From contig JBLFWR010000003.1 in assembly GCA_047611725.1 (NCBI GenBank), positions 18,779 to 82,778 on the forward strand: a stretch of 64,000 bases of DNA, given 5' to 3'. The position numbers were made by a program, and so were the translations under genes. Under the pieces are notes generated by a model. It saw nothing but the letters and a program-made list of their open reading frames with translations. It did no database searches and was not told where the DNA came from. This document shows positions 55,738-64,000 of this stretch, one piece after another (the stretch's first letter is position 1; each line of letters opens with the position of its first letter). Origin of the DNA: Candidatus Binatia bacterium. GTDB lineage: Bacteria; Desulfobacterota; Binatia; UBA1149; CAITLU01.

Positions 55738-57084
55738 ATGACCTTCGAACCCTTGGAGAAACAATACTGGGAGCACCCGTATCGCGCGTACCGGCAACTG
55801 CGCGACAGTGACCGGCTGCACTGGGCACCGGGAGCCCAAGTTTTCTGCGCTTCCCGTTACGACGAGGCCGAGTTTATCTTCAAGCACCCGGACATTTTTT
55901 CGTCCGGAGTCGCGTTTGATCTTCTGGTAAACGACCGCTGGAAGAGCGTCGGGCTGAAAGACGTGGTCGAGATGGTACGATTTTTCATGAGATCGCACCT
56001 AAACCCGCTCTCGTTTCGAAACGCACCCGAGACTCTTCTTTCTTCAGATCCCCCTCGCCACGACACCCTGCGCAGGACCGTCAACCGAGGGTTCACCCCG
56101 CGACATATCGCAGCCTGGAAACCCCGCGTCCGCGAGCTTTGCGAGCAATACCTCGCCAACTTCGAAGACGCCCAACACGTCGAGATCATCGCTGAGTTTT
56201 CAAACCCTCTACCGATGACCATCATCGCCGAGATGCTCGGCATCGAAACCGATCGCCTCGGCGACTTTCGCCGGTGGAGCAACAACATCATCTCGGGCCT
56301 AACCGGGGCGAATCGCGCGGACTCCCCGAGAGCTTTGCTGCGAGACGTTGGCGAATGGCTGGGGTACTTGCGTGTCATCGTTGAGCGCCGTCGCAAAAAT
56401 CCGGGAGACGATCTGATCAGCACGTTGGTCGACCCCAAGCATCAAGAAACTCTTGACACCGAATCGGTCTTAACGTTCGCCAGCATTCTTTTGATTGCCG
56501 GCAACGAAACGACAACCAACGCGATAGGCAGTACGATCCAACTACTGCTCGAACATTCACAAGTACTGAGTGAAGTTCAGGCCGATGCGACCCTGATTCC
56601 GGCGTTGATTGAGGAAAGCATCCGGCTCGAGTCACCGTTTCAGTTCATGCCGCGGCTGGCCACCTGCGACACTGAACTGCGAGGAACGCTCATTCCAAAG
56701 AACAGTACCGTTCTCGTAATGATAGGCGCTGCCAATCGTGACGAGCGCCATTTCGCCCATGCAGACCGCTTAGACCTGCACCGCAACGAAGAATCTCATC
56801 TGGCATTCGGTCGCGGTATTCATTTCTGTTTGGGAGCCGCTTTGGCCCGGCTCGAAGCCCAGGTGGCGCTAGAGGTTATCATCCCGCAACTACATCGCTG
56901 GGAAATAGCAGAAGCGGGAACTTCGCTCGGGGATTCGTATTTCACGCGCGGACCGAGCCATTTGGATTTGGTGCCAGCCGGCACAGGATCGTTTGTTGTC
57001 GGAGCTAAGAGCTGTTCTCAGCCGTCTTCTCAGCCGTCGAAGAAATCGCAGTTGCAGACGCACGATCGGCCTTCCCAAGCGTAA
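55738..57084 (+). CDS. Cytochrome P450
   Basis: FGRGIHFCLGAALAR haem loop, AGNETTTN and ESIRLESP. Divergent from the TetR gene. Confidence 0.85.
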   Translation: MTFEPLEKQYWEHPYRAYRQLRDSDRLHWAPGAQVFCASRYDEAEFIFKHPDIFSSGVAFDLLVNDRWKSVGLKDVVEMVRFFMRSHLNPLSFRNAPETLLSSDPPRHDTLRRTVNRGFTPRHIAAWKPRVRELCEQYLANFEDAQHVEIIAEFSNPLPMTIIAEMLGIETDRLGDFRRWSNNIISGLTGANRADSPRALLRDVGEWLGYLRVIVERRRKNPGDDLISTLVDPKHQETLDTESVLTFASILLIAGNETTTNAIGSTIQLLLEHSQVLSEVQADATLIPALIEESIRLESPFQFMPRLATCDTELRGTLIPKNSTVLVMIGAANRDERHFAHADRLDLHRNEESHLAFGRGIHFCLGAALARLEAQVALEVIIPQLHRWEIAEAGTSLGDSYFTRGPSHLDLVPAGTGSFVVGAKSCSQPSSQPSKKSQLQTHDRPSQA

Positions 57085-59251
57085 AAAAGAACGTCGCCCC
57101 TTGTTCTTCTTCGCCTTCGGCCCAAATGCGACCGCCATGCTGCCGTACGATTCGTTCGGCGGTTGCCAAACCAATACCGGTACCCGGGAACTCGTCCGCC
57201 CGGTGAAGCCGCTGGAACGCTCCGAATAGCTTTTCCTCAAAATCCATATTGAACCCAACACCGTTGTCACGCAGCGAATAGACCCGCTCTCCGTCCACCA
57301 CGTTTACGTCGAAGTGAATACGGCGCGGCTCCCTAGTGGCAGAAAACTTCCAGGCGTTCCCCGTCAAATTGCGCAGCAACAGATCAAGAAGCCTGGGATC
57401 ACCGAGCGCCTCAATACTTGGCTCAAGCTCGATTTCGGCGACGCAAGACGGCTCCGCTTCACGAAGCTCTTCGAACATGCCCGTAACCAACTGAGTCAAA
57501 TCGACGGTTTCGCGACCAAGATCGGTACGACCAATTCGTGCTAACAACAAAAGCCCATCGATCATCTCGGACATGCGATCGGCGGTGGCTACGATACGTG
57601 CGAAGTACCCGCGTGTAACGTCGTCAAAATCCTTCGATCCATCTTCCTCGATCATGTGCACGTAGCCGTTCAATGATCGTAGCGGCTGACGTAGGTCGTG
57701 CGAGACCGAATAGCTAAACGCTTCAAGTTCCCCAATTGCGGCTTCAAGATCGGACGTGCGCGCAGCGACCCGATCTTCGAGTTCGCTATTCAAGGACTGA
57801 AGAGCTCGTTCAGCCTGCTTGCGCGCAGTCACCTCAAAAATAGTTCCAACAACCGTTACCGCCTGACCATCACCGGACGCTGAAACCTCGCCAACCTCTT
57901 GCACGTATCGCATTTCACCATTTGGCGGCACAATACGGTGATCAACAGCGAGTCGGCCTCCTTGGGTAACAAGTCTCATGGCGTGTTCCATAAGATTTTC
58001 GCGATCGTCAAGTGGGATGAATGTCAGCCAAGACTCAAGTGTGCCGTCAAAATCTCCGCGAGAAATTCCGGTGACGTTGTAAACTTCGTCCGACCACTCA
58101 AGAGTCCCCTCGTGCACCTGCCACACCCACGAGCCCAGGCGTCCAACCCGTTGCGCCTCACTTAGTTGAGCCTGACTGCGTCGCAACTCTGCATAAACCG
58201 CCTCCTGTTCCGTGAGATCGATCGAGAAAACGACAATCACCTCACGGCCAAACAGCTGCGAGCGTTGGACATGCGATTGAACGGGATACATTGACCCGTC
58301 TTTGCGGCGGTGACTGGTATTGATCTGCCTTAACGGTGCCCCGTGGACCAAAAGCGGGCCAAGAATCTCGAGAAACTCGGGGTCATCGAGATCGGGGACG
58401 ACGCTGTCAGCCGTCAAGCCGGTCAACTCCTCCACAGAATAGCCCAGGTTTCGACAAGCCCCGTCGTTGACACGCAAGAAGCGAAGGGTTGCGAAATCGA
58501 TGACATAGACTTCGTTGACCGACTGGTCGACGAGGCGACCCAGGCTCAAAATACGTTCTTCAGCTTGCTTACGTTCGGTAAGGTCACGCGCTGAAACCAC
58601 AACTTGCTTTGTTCCGCCCAGCGTCACCGGAAAGCTGCGGGCTTCAACCGGAACGACCGTCCCATCCTTGCGACGAATCGAGTACTCCCCAGCGTTTTGA
58701 AGCCGCACGCCAGCCAAATACTGAGAAACACGGACAAGGTTCTCTTCAGAAAATATATGGAGATCGAGCAAGTTGCGGCCGATCACCTCGTCGGCCTCAT
58801 ATCCAATCAATTCCAACGCGCGTCGGTTGCAATCAAGCAAAACGCCGGAAGAATCGTGTAGGAAGGCACCGTCGGGGATATTTTCAAAAATCGTTTGAAA
58901 ACGTTCAGCGTTCGCCTGCGATTCCGCGAGTAGACTTTCTACTCTCTTCCGCGCAACGGTAAGGTTGCCAAATTCTCTTGACGTCAGCACCGCACCAAGA
59001 AGAATTAACGCCGCAAGAATCAGGCCGAAGAAAGCCGTTATAGATGCCTCCCATGGCACCGATCTGCCGAGAAGAGAGGGTTCTGAAAGCGCGAACGACA
59101 GCAGGCCCAGCAACGACAGATTCAGCGCGAGTACGGCACCCAACAGGCGCAGACCCGACTCGCGCGCTCGATATAGGCTTACAGCAACCGCCACCAAGTA
59201 CAGGATGCCAGATAGGAGTTGGAGCGCGCCTAAACCCACGCGAGCCACCAA
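57005..59251 (-). CDS. Multi-PAS sensor histidine kinase (membrane-anchored)
   Basis: Two N-terminal transmembrane helices, three or more PAS/PAC regions, HisKA H-box (SYSVSHDLRQPLRSL) and HATPase_c. Confidence 0.85.
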   Translation of the reverse strand: MVARVGLGALQLLSGILYLVAVAVSLYRARESGLRLLGAVLALNLSLLGLLSFALSEPSLLGRSVPWEASITAFFGLILAALILLGAVLTSREFGNLTVARKRVESLLAESQANAERFQTIFENIPDGAFLHDSSGVLLDCNRRALELIGYEADEVIGRNLLDLHIFSEENLVRVSQYLAGVRLQNAGEYSIRRKDGTVVPVEARSFPVTLGGTKQVVVSARDLTERKQAEERILSLGRLVDQSVNEVYVIDFATLRFLRVNDGACRNLGYSVEELTGLTADSVVPDLDDPEFLEILGPLLVHGAPLRQINTSHRRKDGSMYPVQSHVQRSQLFGREVIVVFSIDLTEQEAVYAELRRSQAQLSEAQRVGRLGSWVWQVHEGTLEWSDEVYNVTGISRGDFDGTLESWLTFIPLDDRENLMEHAMRLVTQGGRLAVDHRIVPPNGEMRYVQEVGEVSASGDGQAVTVVGTIFEVTARKQAERALQSLNSELEDRVAARTSDLEAAIGELEAFSYSVSHDLRQPLRSLNGYVHMIEEDGSKDFDDVTRGYFARIVATADRMSEMIDGLLLLARIGRTDLGRETVDLTQLVTGMFEELREAEPSCVAEIELEPSIEALGDPRLLDLLLRNLTGNAWKFSATREPRRIHFDVNVVDGERVYSLRDNGVGFNMDFEEKLFGAFQRLHRADEFPGTGIGLATAERIVRQHGGRIWAEGEEEQGATFFFTLGKADRASATAISSTAEKTAENSS

Positions 59252-59567
59252 CTTGAAGATTGCCGAATTCTATCCACTGAAAATTGTTGTTCGCAGTGTC
59301 ATGGTTGGGCAGACTCAATCACAACGCAGTACGAACAGCCCACCATAGAAGAGTTCACCACCTAGAGGAAAGGCGACGCCTACCCGTGGATTTCCGGGTT
59401 GGGCTAGCGCGCTCCCCAGGCAAATGTCGCGATCGGCAATCCATTGCAACCCAACTAATGGCATGGTTAATGCCACTTTGAATGTGGCGAGGAGCATGGC
59501 GGGCCCAGTCGAAACACGCAGTCAATTTCCGCACCCCGCACAAACCGATAGCCCGGCTACAGAAACC

Positions 59568-60209
59568 ATGAACGCACCCCTGATTTGGCTCAGTGCCCTT
59601 GCCCTCTACGGACTCTTTTCACTTTGGTACAACAATTGGCACGGCCCCTTGCGGCCCGACGAAATCGACTACTACATGGACCAACTCGTCAGCAGTGCCA
59701 ACGAAACGCCCGACTCGGAACGACTCTCGGTTATACGAAAATTCTTGGAGACCGACGACGCGACGGAGTTCTTCATGGTGAACTTGATTCGACTGCGCCC
59801 GGGAAAACTAGACGTCGCCGGGCTCGACGCGCCGACCTCCGCAGGCAAAGTTCTAGAGAAGTACACCGGGTACTTCCTGCCTGCACTGCTTCGACGCGCC
59901 GGGCATCCAGCGTTCTACGGGCGCGCAGCCGGTGGCTACGTTGAAAGCTGGGGCGTCGAAGCCAATCCCGGCTGGAGTCTGGCAGGGGTTGTACGCTACC
60001 GCAGCCGCAGAGACATGATCGTGCTGGCGACCAATCCAGCGTTTGAACCGGCGCACGTATTCAAGGTTGCCGCGTTGGAAAAAACTTTCGCGTTCCCCGC
60101 CACGCCCGGACTGGTCATTGTCGGTCCCCGGATTTGGGTCGCGCTTGTGCTCAGCCTGGTCGCCGCACTACTTCACCTGCTTCTTGTGACCAGCGGTGCT
60201 TCCGCATGA
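59568..60209 (+). CDS. Hypothetical membrane-anchored protein
   Basis: N-terminal transmembrane helix (LIWLSALALYGLFSLWY) and a C-terminal transmembrane helix. No recognised family. Internal ATG start. Confidence 0.4.
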   Translation: MNAPLIWLSALALYGLFSLWYNNWHGPLRPDEIDYYMDQLVSSANETPDSERLSVIRKFLETDDATEFFMVNLIRLRPGKLDVAGLDAPTSAGKVLEKYTGYFLPALLRRAGHPAFYGRAAGGYVESWGVEANPGWSLAGVVRYRSRRDMIVLATNPAFEPAHVFKVAALEKTFAFPATPGLVIVGPRIWVALVLSLVAALLHLLLVTSGASA

Positions 60210-60817
60210 GCGGAGACGAGCTACGAATCGCGCGCCGATCGATTCCTGACGGGCGCTTGCAACGCGCCGAACGAAGCAGGACCGCCATTGTCAAAGCCCT
60301 TCACGATTTGATTGGAGAAGGCAGTCTCGTACCGACTGCCCAGGACGTCGCAACCCGCGCCGGGGTCGGCATGCGAACGGTCTTTCGTCACTTCTCAGCC
60401 ATGGATGATCTATTCGCAGAGCTCGACCAACTTCTTCGCGCTGAAATTCAACCGCTTCTCAATAGCCAAGCCCCGACCGGTCCGTTGCCGACTCGAATTT
60501 TACAACTAGCCGAGCGCCGGGCTGCTTTGTACGAGCGTGTTGGTCCATACTTGCGGGCCACTCGGCTCCACCATTGGCGCTCGGACTTTTTAGAGCAACA
60601 ACTTAAAGCTACGGTACGTGATCTTCGTCATGAACTGCGCCAGTGGGTGCCAGAGCTCAAGGGTCGTCCCAACGTTTTGGAAACACTGGATCTGCTACTT
60701 GCCTTTGAAACGTGGGACCGGCTTCGAACCGAACAGCGACTCGGCGTGGCACGCGCGTTGAACACGCTGGAGCCGTTGCTTGTCCAGGCCGCAAGCGAAC
60801 TGAAGCGAAAACCTTAG
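60206..60817 (+). CDS. TetR/AcrR family transcriptional regulator
   Basis: Helix-turn-helix AQDVATRAGVGMRTVFRHF. ATGA overlap with the upstream gene. Confidence 0.65.
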   Translation: MSGDELRIARRSIPDGRLQRAERSRTAIVKALHDLIGEGSLVPTAQDVATRAGVGMRTVFRHFSAMDDLFAELDQLLRAEIQPLLNSQAPTGPLPTRILQLAERRAALYERVGPYLRATRLHHWRSDFLEQQLKATVRDLRHELRQWVPELKGRPNVLETLDLLLAFETWDRLRTEQRLGVARALNTLEPLLVQAASELKRKP

Positions 60818-60877
60818 GAGCGAGACGATAATGCTCGTACTCTACGACAACGAGATCGCGCGCGTCCGGATCACGAA

Positions 60878-62227
60878 ATGAGCCGTCAGGAGAAAATTCG
60901 CAGGCGCGTGTCTCCCTGGGTAACCAGGGTCTTGACCAGCCCACGCCTGCGCGACATGCGCAGAACCCTAGCAGAAAAACGGCGCAGGCTTCGTGGAGCA
61001 CCGCGCAAAATTTCGTACTTTCACCAAGCTGACGACCCGTATTCGCATCTAGCGGTGCAGACTCTAGCGACGCTACTCAAGCGCTACGAGATCGAATTAG
61101 ACGTATTTTTGGTTGGCCCTCATCCCGACGATGCGGCACCGCAACCAGAGCTCCTTGAAGCCTTCGCGCGCAAAGACGCAGGAGACATCGCGCAGCCCTA
61201 TGGATTAGAGTTTCCTCATATCGACCATCAACCCGACCTTGGTCTGGTCGCCACGGCGAACAGAATTCTGACCGCTGCGATTCAAAACGGTACGTTTGTC
61301 GAGATCGCACCGCAGGTAGGCCGCGCCCTGTTCACCGAAGATTCTCCTGCAATGGACGCGCTGGCTGCGCGAACCGAGCCAGCCACACAGGCGGCAGCCG
61401 AAACGGCGATTCGCCAAGGAAGTGAACGACGCAAAAAGCTCGGACACTATTCGGGTGCAATGTTCTACGACGAGCCCGAATGGTACTGGGGGGTCGATCG
61501 TCTGCACCACCTCGAGACTCGACTTGACAACGACGGTGCCCGACGCTCGGGCGAACCTGGCACACCGATCGTGGTTCGTCCGACGGCCATCACAGAACCG
61601 GATACGCCAGCGAACCAACCACGCCTGACGGTGGAATTTTTCGCGTCGCTGCGCAGCCCTTACACCTACATCGTCATGGAGCGCATTTTGGATCTGGCGA
61701 AGCGTTTCCCCATCGATGTCGTGCAGCGCCCGGTGCTGCCCATGGTCATGCGTGGCCTCGCCGTCCCGCTAACCAAGCAATTGTACATTCAGTTCGACAC
61801 CAAACGAGAAGCCGAACTTGCTGGGGTCGATTTCGGGCACGTCTGCGACCCTGTTGGCGAGCCGGTTGAGCGCGGTTTCTCTTTGTTCAATTGGGCACGC
61901 AACGAGGGTCGGGCACCCGAATTCCTGCTTGAGTTTACACGCGCCGCGTTCGCCGACGGCATCGACACCGGGTCGGAAAAAGGCCTACGCCAGGTTGTCG
62001 AACGGGCCGGGCTGGATTGGAACGAAGCGCAGGTTGATCTCGACGGTTGGCGCGAGGAACTCGAACAGAATCGACTCGCCCTGTTTGATTTGGGCCTGTG
62101 GGGCGTTCCTTCGTTTCATATTATTGGCGACGAGCGTGATCCCGATTTCTGTACGTGGGGACAAGATCGCGTCTGGCTCGTCGAGCAGGAAATCGCAAGA
62201 CGTGTCGCTCGCGACAGCGGGCCCTAG
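60878..62227 (+). CDS. Tandem DsbA-like / 2-hydroxychromene-2-carboxylate isomerase family protein
   Basis: Two DSBA-like thioredoxin-fold halves (ISYFHQADDPYSHLA...; FFASLRSPYTYIV...). Confidence 0.7.
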   Translation: MSRQEKIRRRVSPWVTRVLTSPRLRDMRRTLAEKRRRLRGAPRKISYFHQADDPYSHLAVQTLATLLKRYEIELDVFLVGPHPDDAAPQPELLEAFARKDAGDIAQPYGLEFPHIDHQPDLGLVATANRILTAAIQNGTFVEIAPQVGRALFTEDSPAMDALAARTEPATQAAAETAIRQGSERRKKLGHYSGAMFYDEPEWYWGVDRLHHLETRLDNDGARRSGEPGTPIVVRPTAITEPDTPANQPRLTVEFFASLRSPYTYIVMERILDLAKRFPIDVVQRPVLPMVMRGLAVPLTKQLYIQFDTKREAELAGVDFGHVCDPVGEPVERGFSLFNWARNEGRAPEFLLEFTRAAFADGIDTGSEKGLRQVVERAGLDWNEAQVDLDGWREELEQNRLALFDLGLWGVPSFHIIGDERDPDFCTWGQDRVWLVEQEIARRVARDSGP

Positions 62228-62293
62228 CGCAACCCCCATCGAACAATTCAGCTGCGAACCTAGCAAGCGTTCAACCACACAATGGAGTGACCC

Positions 62294-63100
62294 GTGTTTC
62301 AACAACCCAACGATTTTCGCGATGAAAGCCTAGCGCTATACCAACTGCTCGCACCCCTGGTCGACGCCGACTTCGAGCGCAAGACCCTCTTCAAGGATTG
62401 GACCGTACATGACGTTCTCAGTCATCTGCATGCGTGGAACCGGGCAGCCGACCTTTCCTTGAACGATCCCGAAAAGTTCGACGCATTCAAGACTCAAGTC
62501 ATCTCGGGGATGATGGAAGGGAAACAGATTCGTGAGCTTGAATCAGTATTGCTTGACGACGCGAAGAACCGCGCCCGATTCGAACAGTGGAACGAGTACA
62601 TTGGCGAGATGACACAACGGTTCGCCGCTGCAGACCCCAAAAAACGAGTCGCGTGGCCGGGCCCCGACATGAGTGTTCGCTCAAGCATCACCGCCCGCCT
62701 CATGGAGACATGGGCTCACGGTCAAGAGCTCTACGACTTACTGGGCGTTGTGCGAACCGATGGCGATCGCATCAAAAACATCGCCGTCCTTGGCATCAAT
62801 ACATTCGGATGGACATTCAAGAATCGACGCCTCGAAGTGCCGTCGGACTTGCCGTATGTACGACTTAGCGCGCCGTCGGGAGAAACGTGGACTTGGAACG
62901 AGCCGAGCGAATCCAATTGCGTGGCCGGCAGTGCCAGTGATTTTTGCCAAGTCGTAACTCAGGTCCGCAATATCGCCGACACTAAACTTGAAGTGGTCGG
63001 CGAAACCGCCGTCGGCTGGATGGCGATTGCCCAGTGCTTCGCAGGCGCACCGGCAGATCCGCCCGCCAAAGGGGCGCGCTTCACGGCTCGGAAAAGCTAG
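62294..63100 (+). CDS. DinB/YfiT-like (maleylpyruvate-isomerase N-terminal domain, TIGR03084-type) metal-binding protein
   Basis: WTVHDVLSHL...ETWAHGQEL His motifs. Confidence 0.55.
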   Translation: MFQQPNDFRDESLALYQLLAPLVDADFERKTLFKDWTVHDVLSHLHAWNRAADLSLNDPEKFDAFKTQVISGMMEGKQIRELESVLLDDAKNRARFEQWNEYIGEMTQRFAAADPKKRVAWPGPDMSVRSSITARLMETWAHGQELYDLLGVVRTDGDRIKNIAVLGINTFGWTFKNRRLEVPSDLPYVRLSAPSGETWTWNEPSESNCVAGSASDFCQVVTQVRNIADTKLEVVGETAVGWMAIAQCFAGAPADPPAKGARFTARKS

Positions 63101-63112
63101 CCCGCGCCTGTT

Positions 63113-63310
63113 CTACCCGTAGCCGCCATTGGCAATAGTGTTCCAAAAATCCGCACCGGTCCCAGCCTCGTTCGGAATGTCGCAAACGTCGCATCCAGTG
63201 GTCCCATCTACGCACCCCGAGCAGTGATCAGTCCGAGACTCCAAATCCGCCAACACTTGCCCCAACGGGTTGGTTTGGTTTTGCGGGTCGCTGGCGGAGG
63301 AGTAGGTCAT
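63113..63310 (-). CDS. Small Cys-rich protein (65 aa, CxxCx7CxxC)
   Basis: ATG preceded by a GAGGGGGG ribosome-binding site. HCSGCVDGTTGCDVCD zinc-knuckle-like motif. No family recognised. Confidence 0.35.
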   Translation of the reverse strand: MTYSSASDPQNQTNPLGQVLADLESRTDHCSGCVDGTTGCDVCDIPNEAGTGADFWNTIANGGYG

Positions 63311-63799
63311 TCACCCCCCCCCTCGCGTCTCCGCTTCCCCCGCGTCCGATAACGTAATTTCCGTCAACTTGAATTCGTGAATTGCGTGCGTTCATCGACT
63401 CAGCGGGACGATGTTGGCCGGCCGCCGCTGCGTACAGTGCCGCCATTGCTGAGTCCTTGGAGCCTTGCGATTCCCCATCTTCGCCGGCCCTGCCTTCATC
63501 GCGCGCACGTCTTTCAAGCACTCGCGCGATACCCATGGCAGCATCGGCAAGAACCGCTGGGCTCACAACTAACAATAGAACCCGCCGCCAACAGTCCGCG
63601 CAGACTGTGGAGAACTTCGCCCCCAGAGGTAAGCCCAGTCGCCGCGCTCTTCGCACTTTCGAACCCGCGCGAAGGCGCCTGCGCGAGGCAGCGCTCGAGC
63701 AGGGAGTCGAAGATGTAAAGGCCATCGCATTGATGATTGACGGGTGCGTTAAGCGCCAGACCTGAAGCGAGGACGAACTCGAATTCGTCGGTAACCAGA

Positions 63800-64000
63800 C
63801 TAAAGAGGGTCGATGACCCGCAGACCGGGCAATCGGATGAAGTTGACGTCATGGGTCCACATCTGCGTGGCTCCGTTGTCGAACGCGGTTAACGCGATCT
63901 GAAGATCAAAGATCCGCACTCCACTCAATTCCAGATCGCACGCGCAGGCCAATAAGCGTGGTCCGAAGCCGGGGCCAGGCACCCAGGTTTGCATTGCAGC
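63800..64000 (-). CDS. vapC: PIN-domain toxin VapC, C-terminal part (5' end outside the window)
   Basis: ...DLQIALTAFDNGATQMWTHDVNFIRLPGLRVIDPL matches the VapC C-terminus. The ORF is open to the window end. Confidence 0.6.
   Translation of the reverse strand, partial: AAMQTWVPGPGFGPRLLACACDLELSGVRIFDLQIALTAFDNGATQMWTHDVNFIRLPGLRVIDPL

Noticed and set aside
63228-63765. ORFs 63228..63725 (minus strand) and 63382..63765 (plus strand) between the small Cys-rich ORF and vapC
   Set aside because: Mutually overlapping Arg/Ala-rich low-complexity translations with no domain features. More likely intergenic, or containing an unrecognised vapB in another frame.

Overview
This is a 64-kb, high-GC (~62%) chromosomal segment from a diderm (Gram-negative-type) bacterium. 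It is gene-dense, with about 58 protein-coding genes, and I could recognise no rRNA, tRNA or CRISPR array. The content is mostly accessory metabolism and stress functions: cytochrome P450s, TetR and MarR regulators, acyl-CoA enzymes, a DyP peroxidase, a glutathione S-transferase and a luciferase-like-monooxygenase (LLM) oxidoreductase. The most noteworthy items are these. (1) A bacterial type IIB topoisomerase VI operon, top6B-top6A, in which Top6B carries a histone-H1-like lysine-rich C-terminal tail. (2) A methylamine dehydrogenase cluster, mauB-E-D-A plus a cytochrome c, translationally coupled through ATGA overlaps but with no mauG, mauF or amicyanin gene in the window. (3) An ectoine locus with an unusual layout: ectAB on one strand, ectC divergent, then a sodium:solute symporter (SSS) and a MarR regulator. 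(4) A three-member family of about 50-bp perfect palindromic repeats, each lying exactly at a gene 3' end. (5) Tandem outer-membrane beta-barrel paralogues that share a conserved roughly 100-nt leader and matching rho-independent terminators. (6) Two large secreted enzymes, a pectin-acetylesterase/Notum-like esterase with N-terminal Lys/Cys repeats and a metzincin protease. (7) Several short tandem repeat arrays in promoters and at 5' ends of coding regions. (8) A degraded lipoprotein region. The ORF track uses alternative start codons (GTG and TTG shown as M), so several starts were re-placed at internal ATG codons with ribosome-binding sites. Exact positions of short repeats are good to within a few nt.
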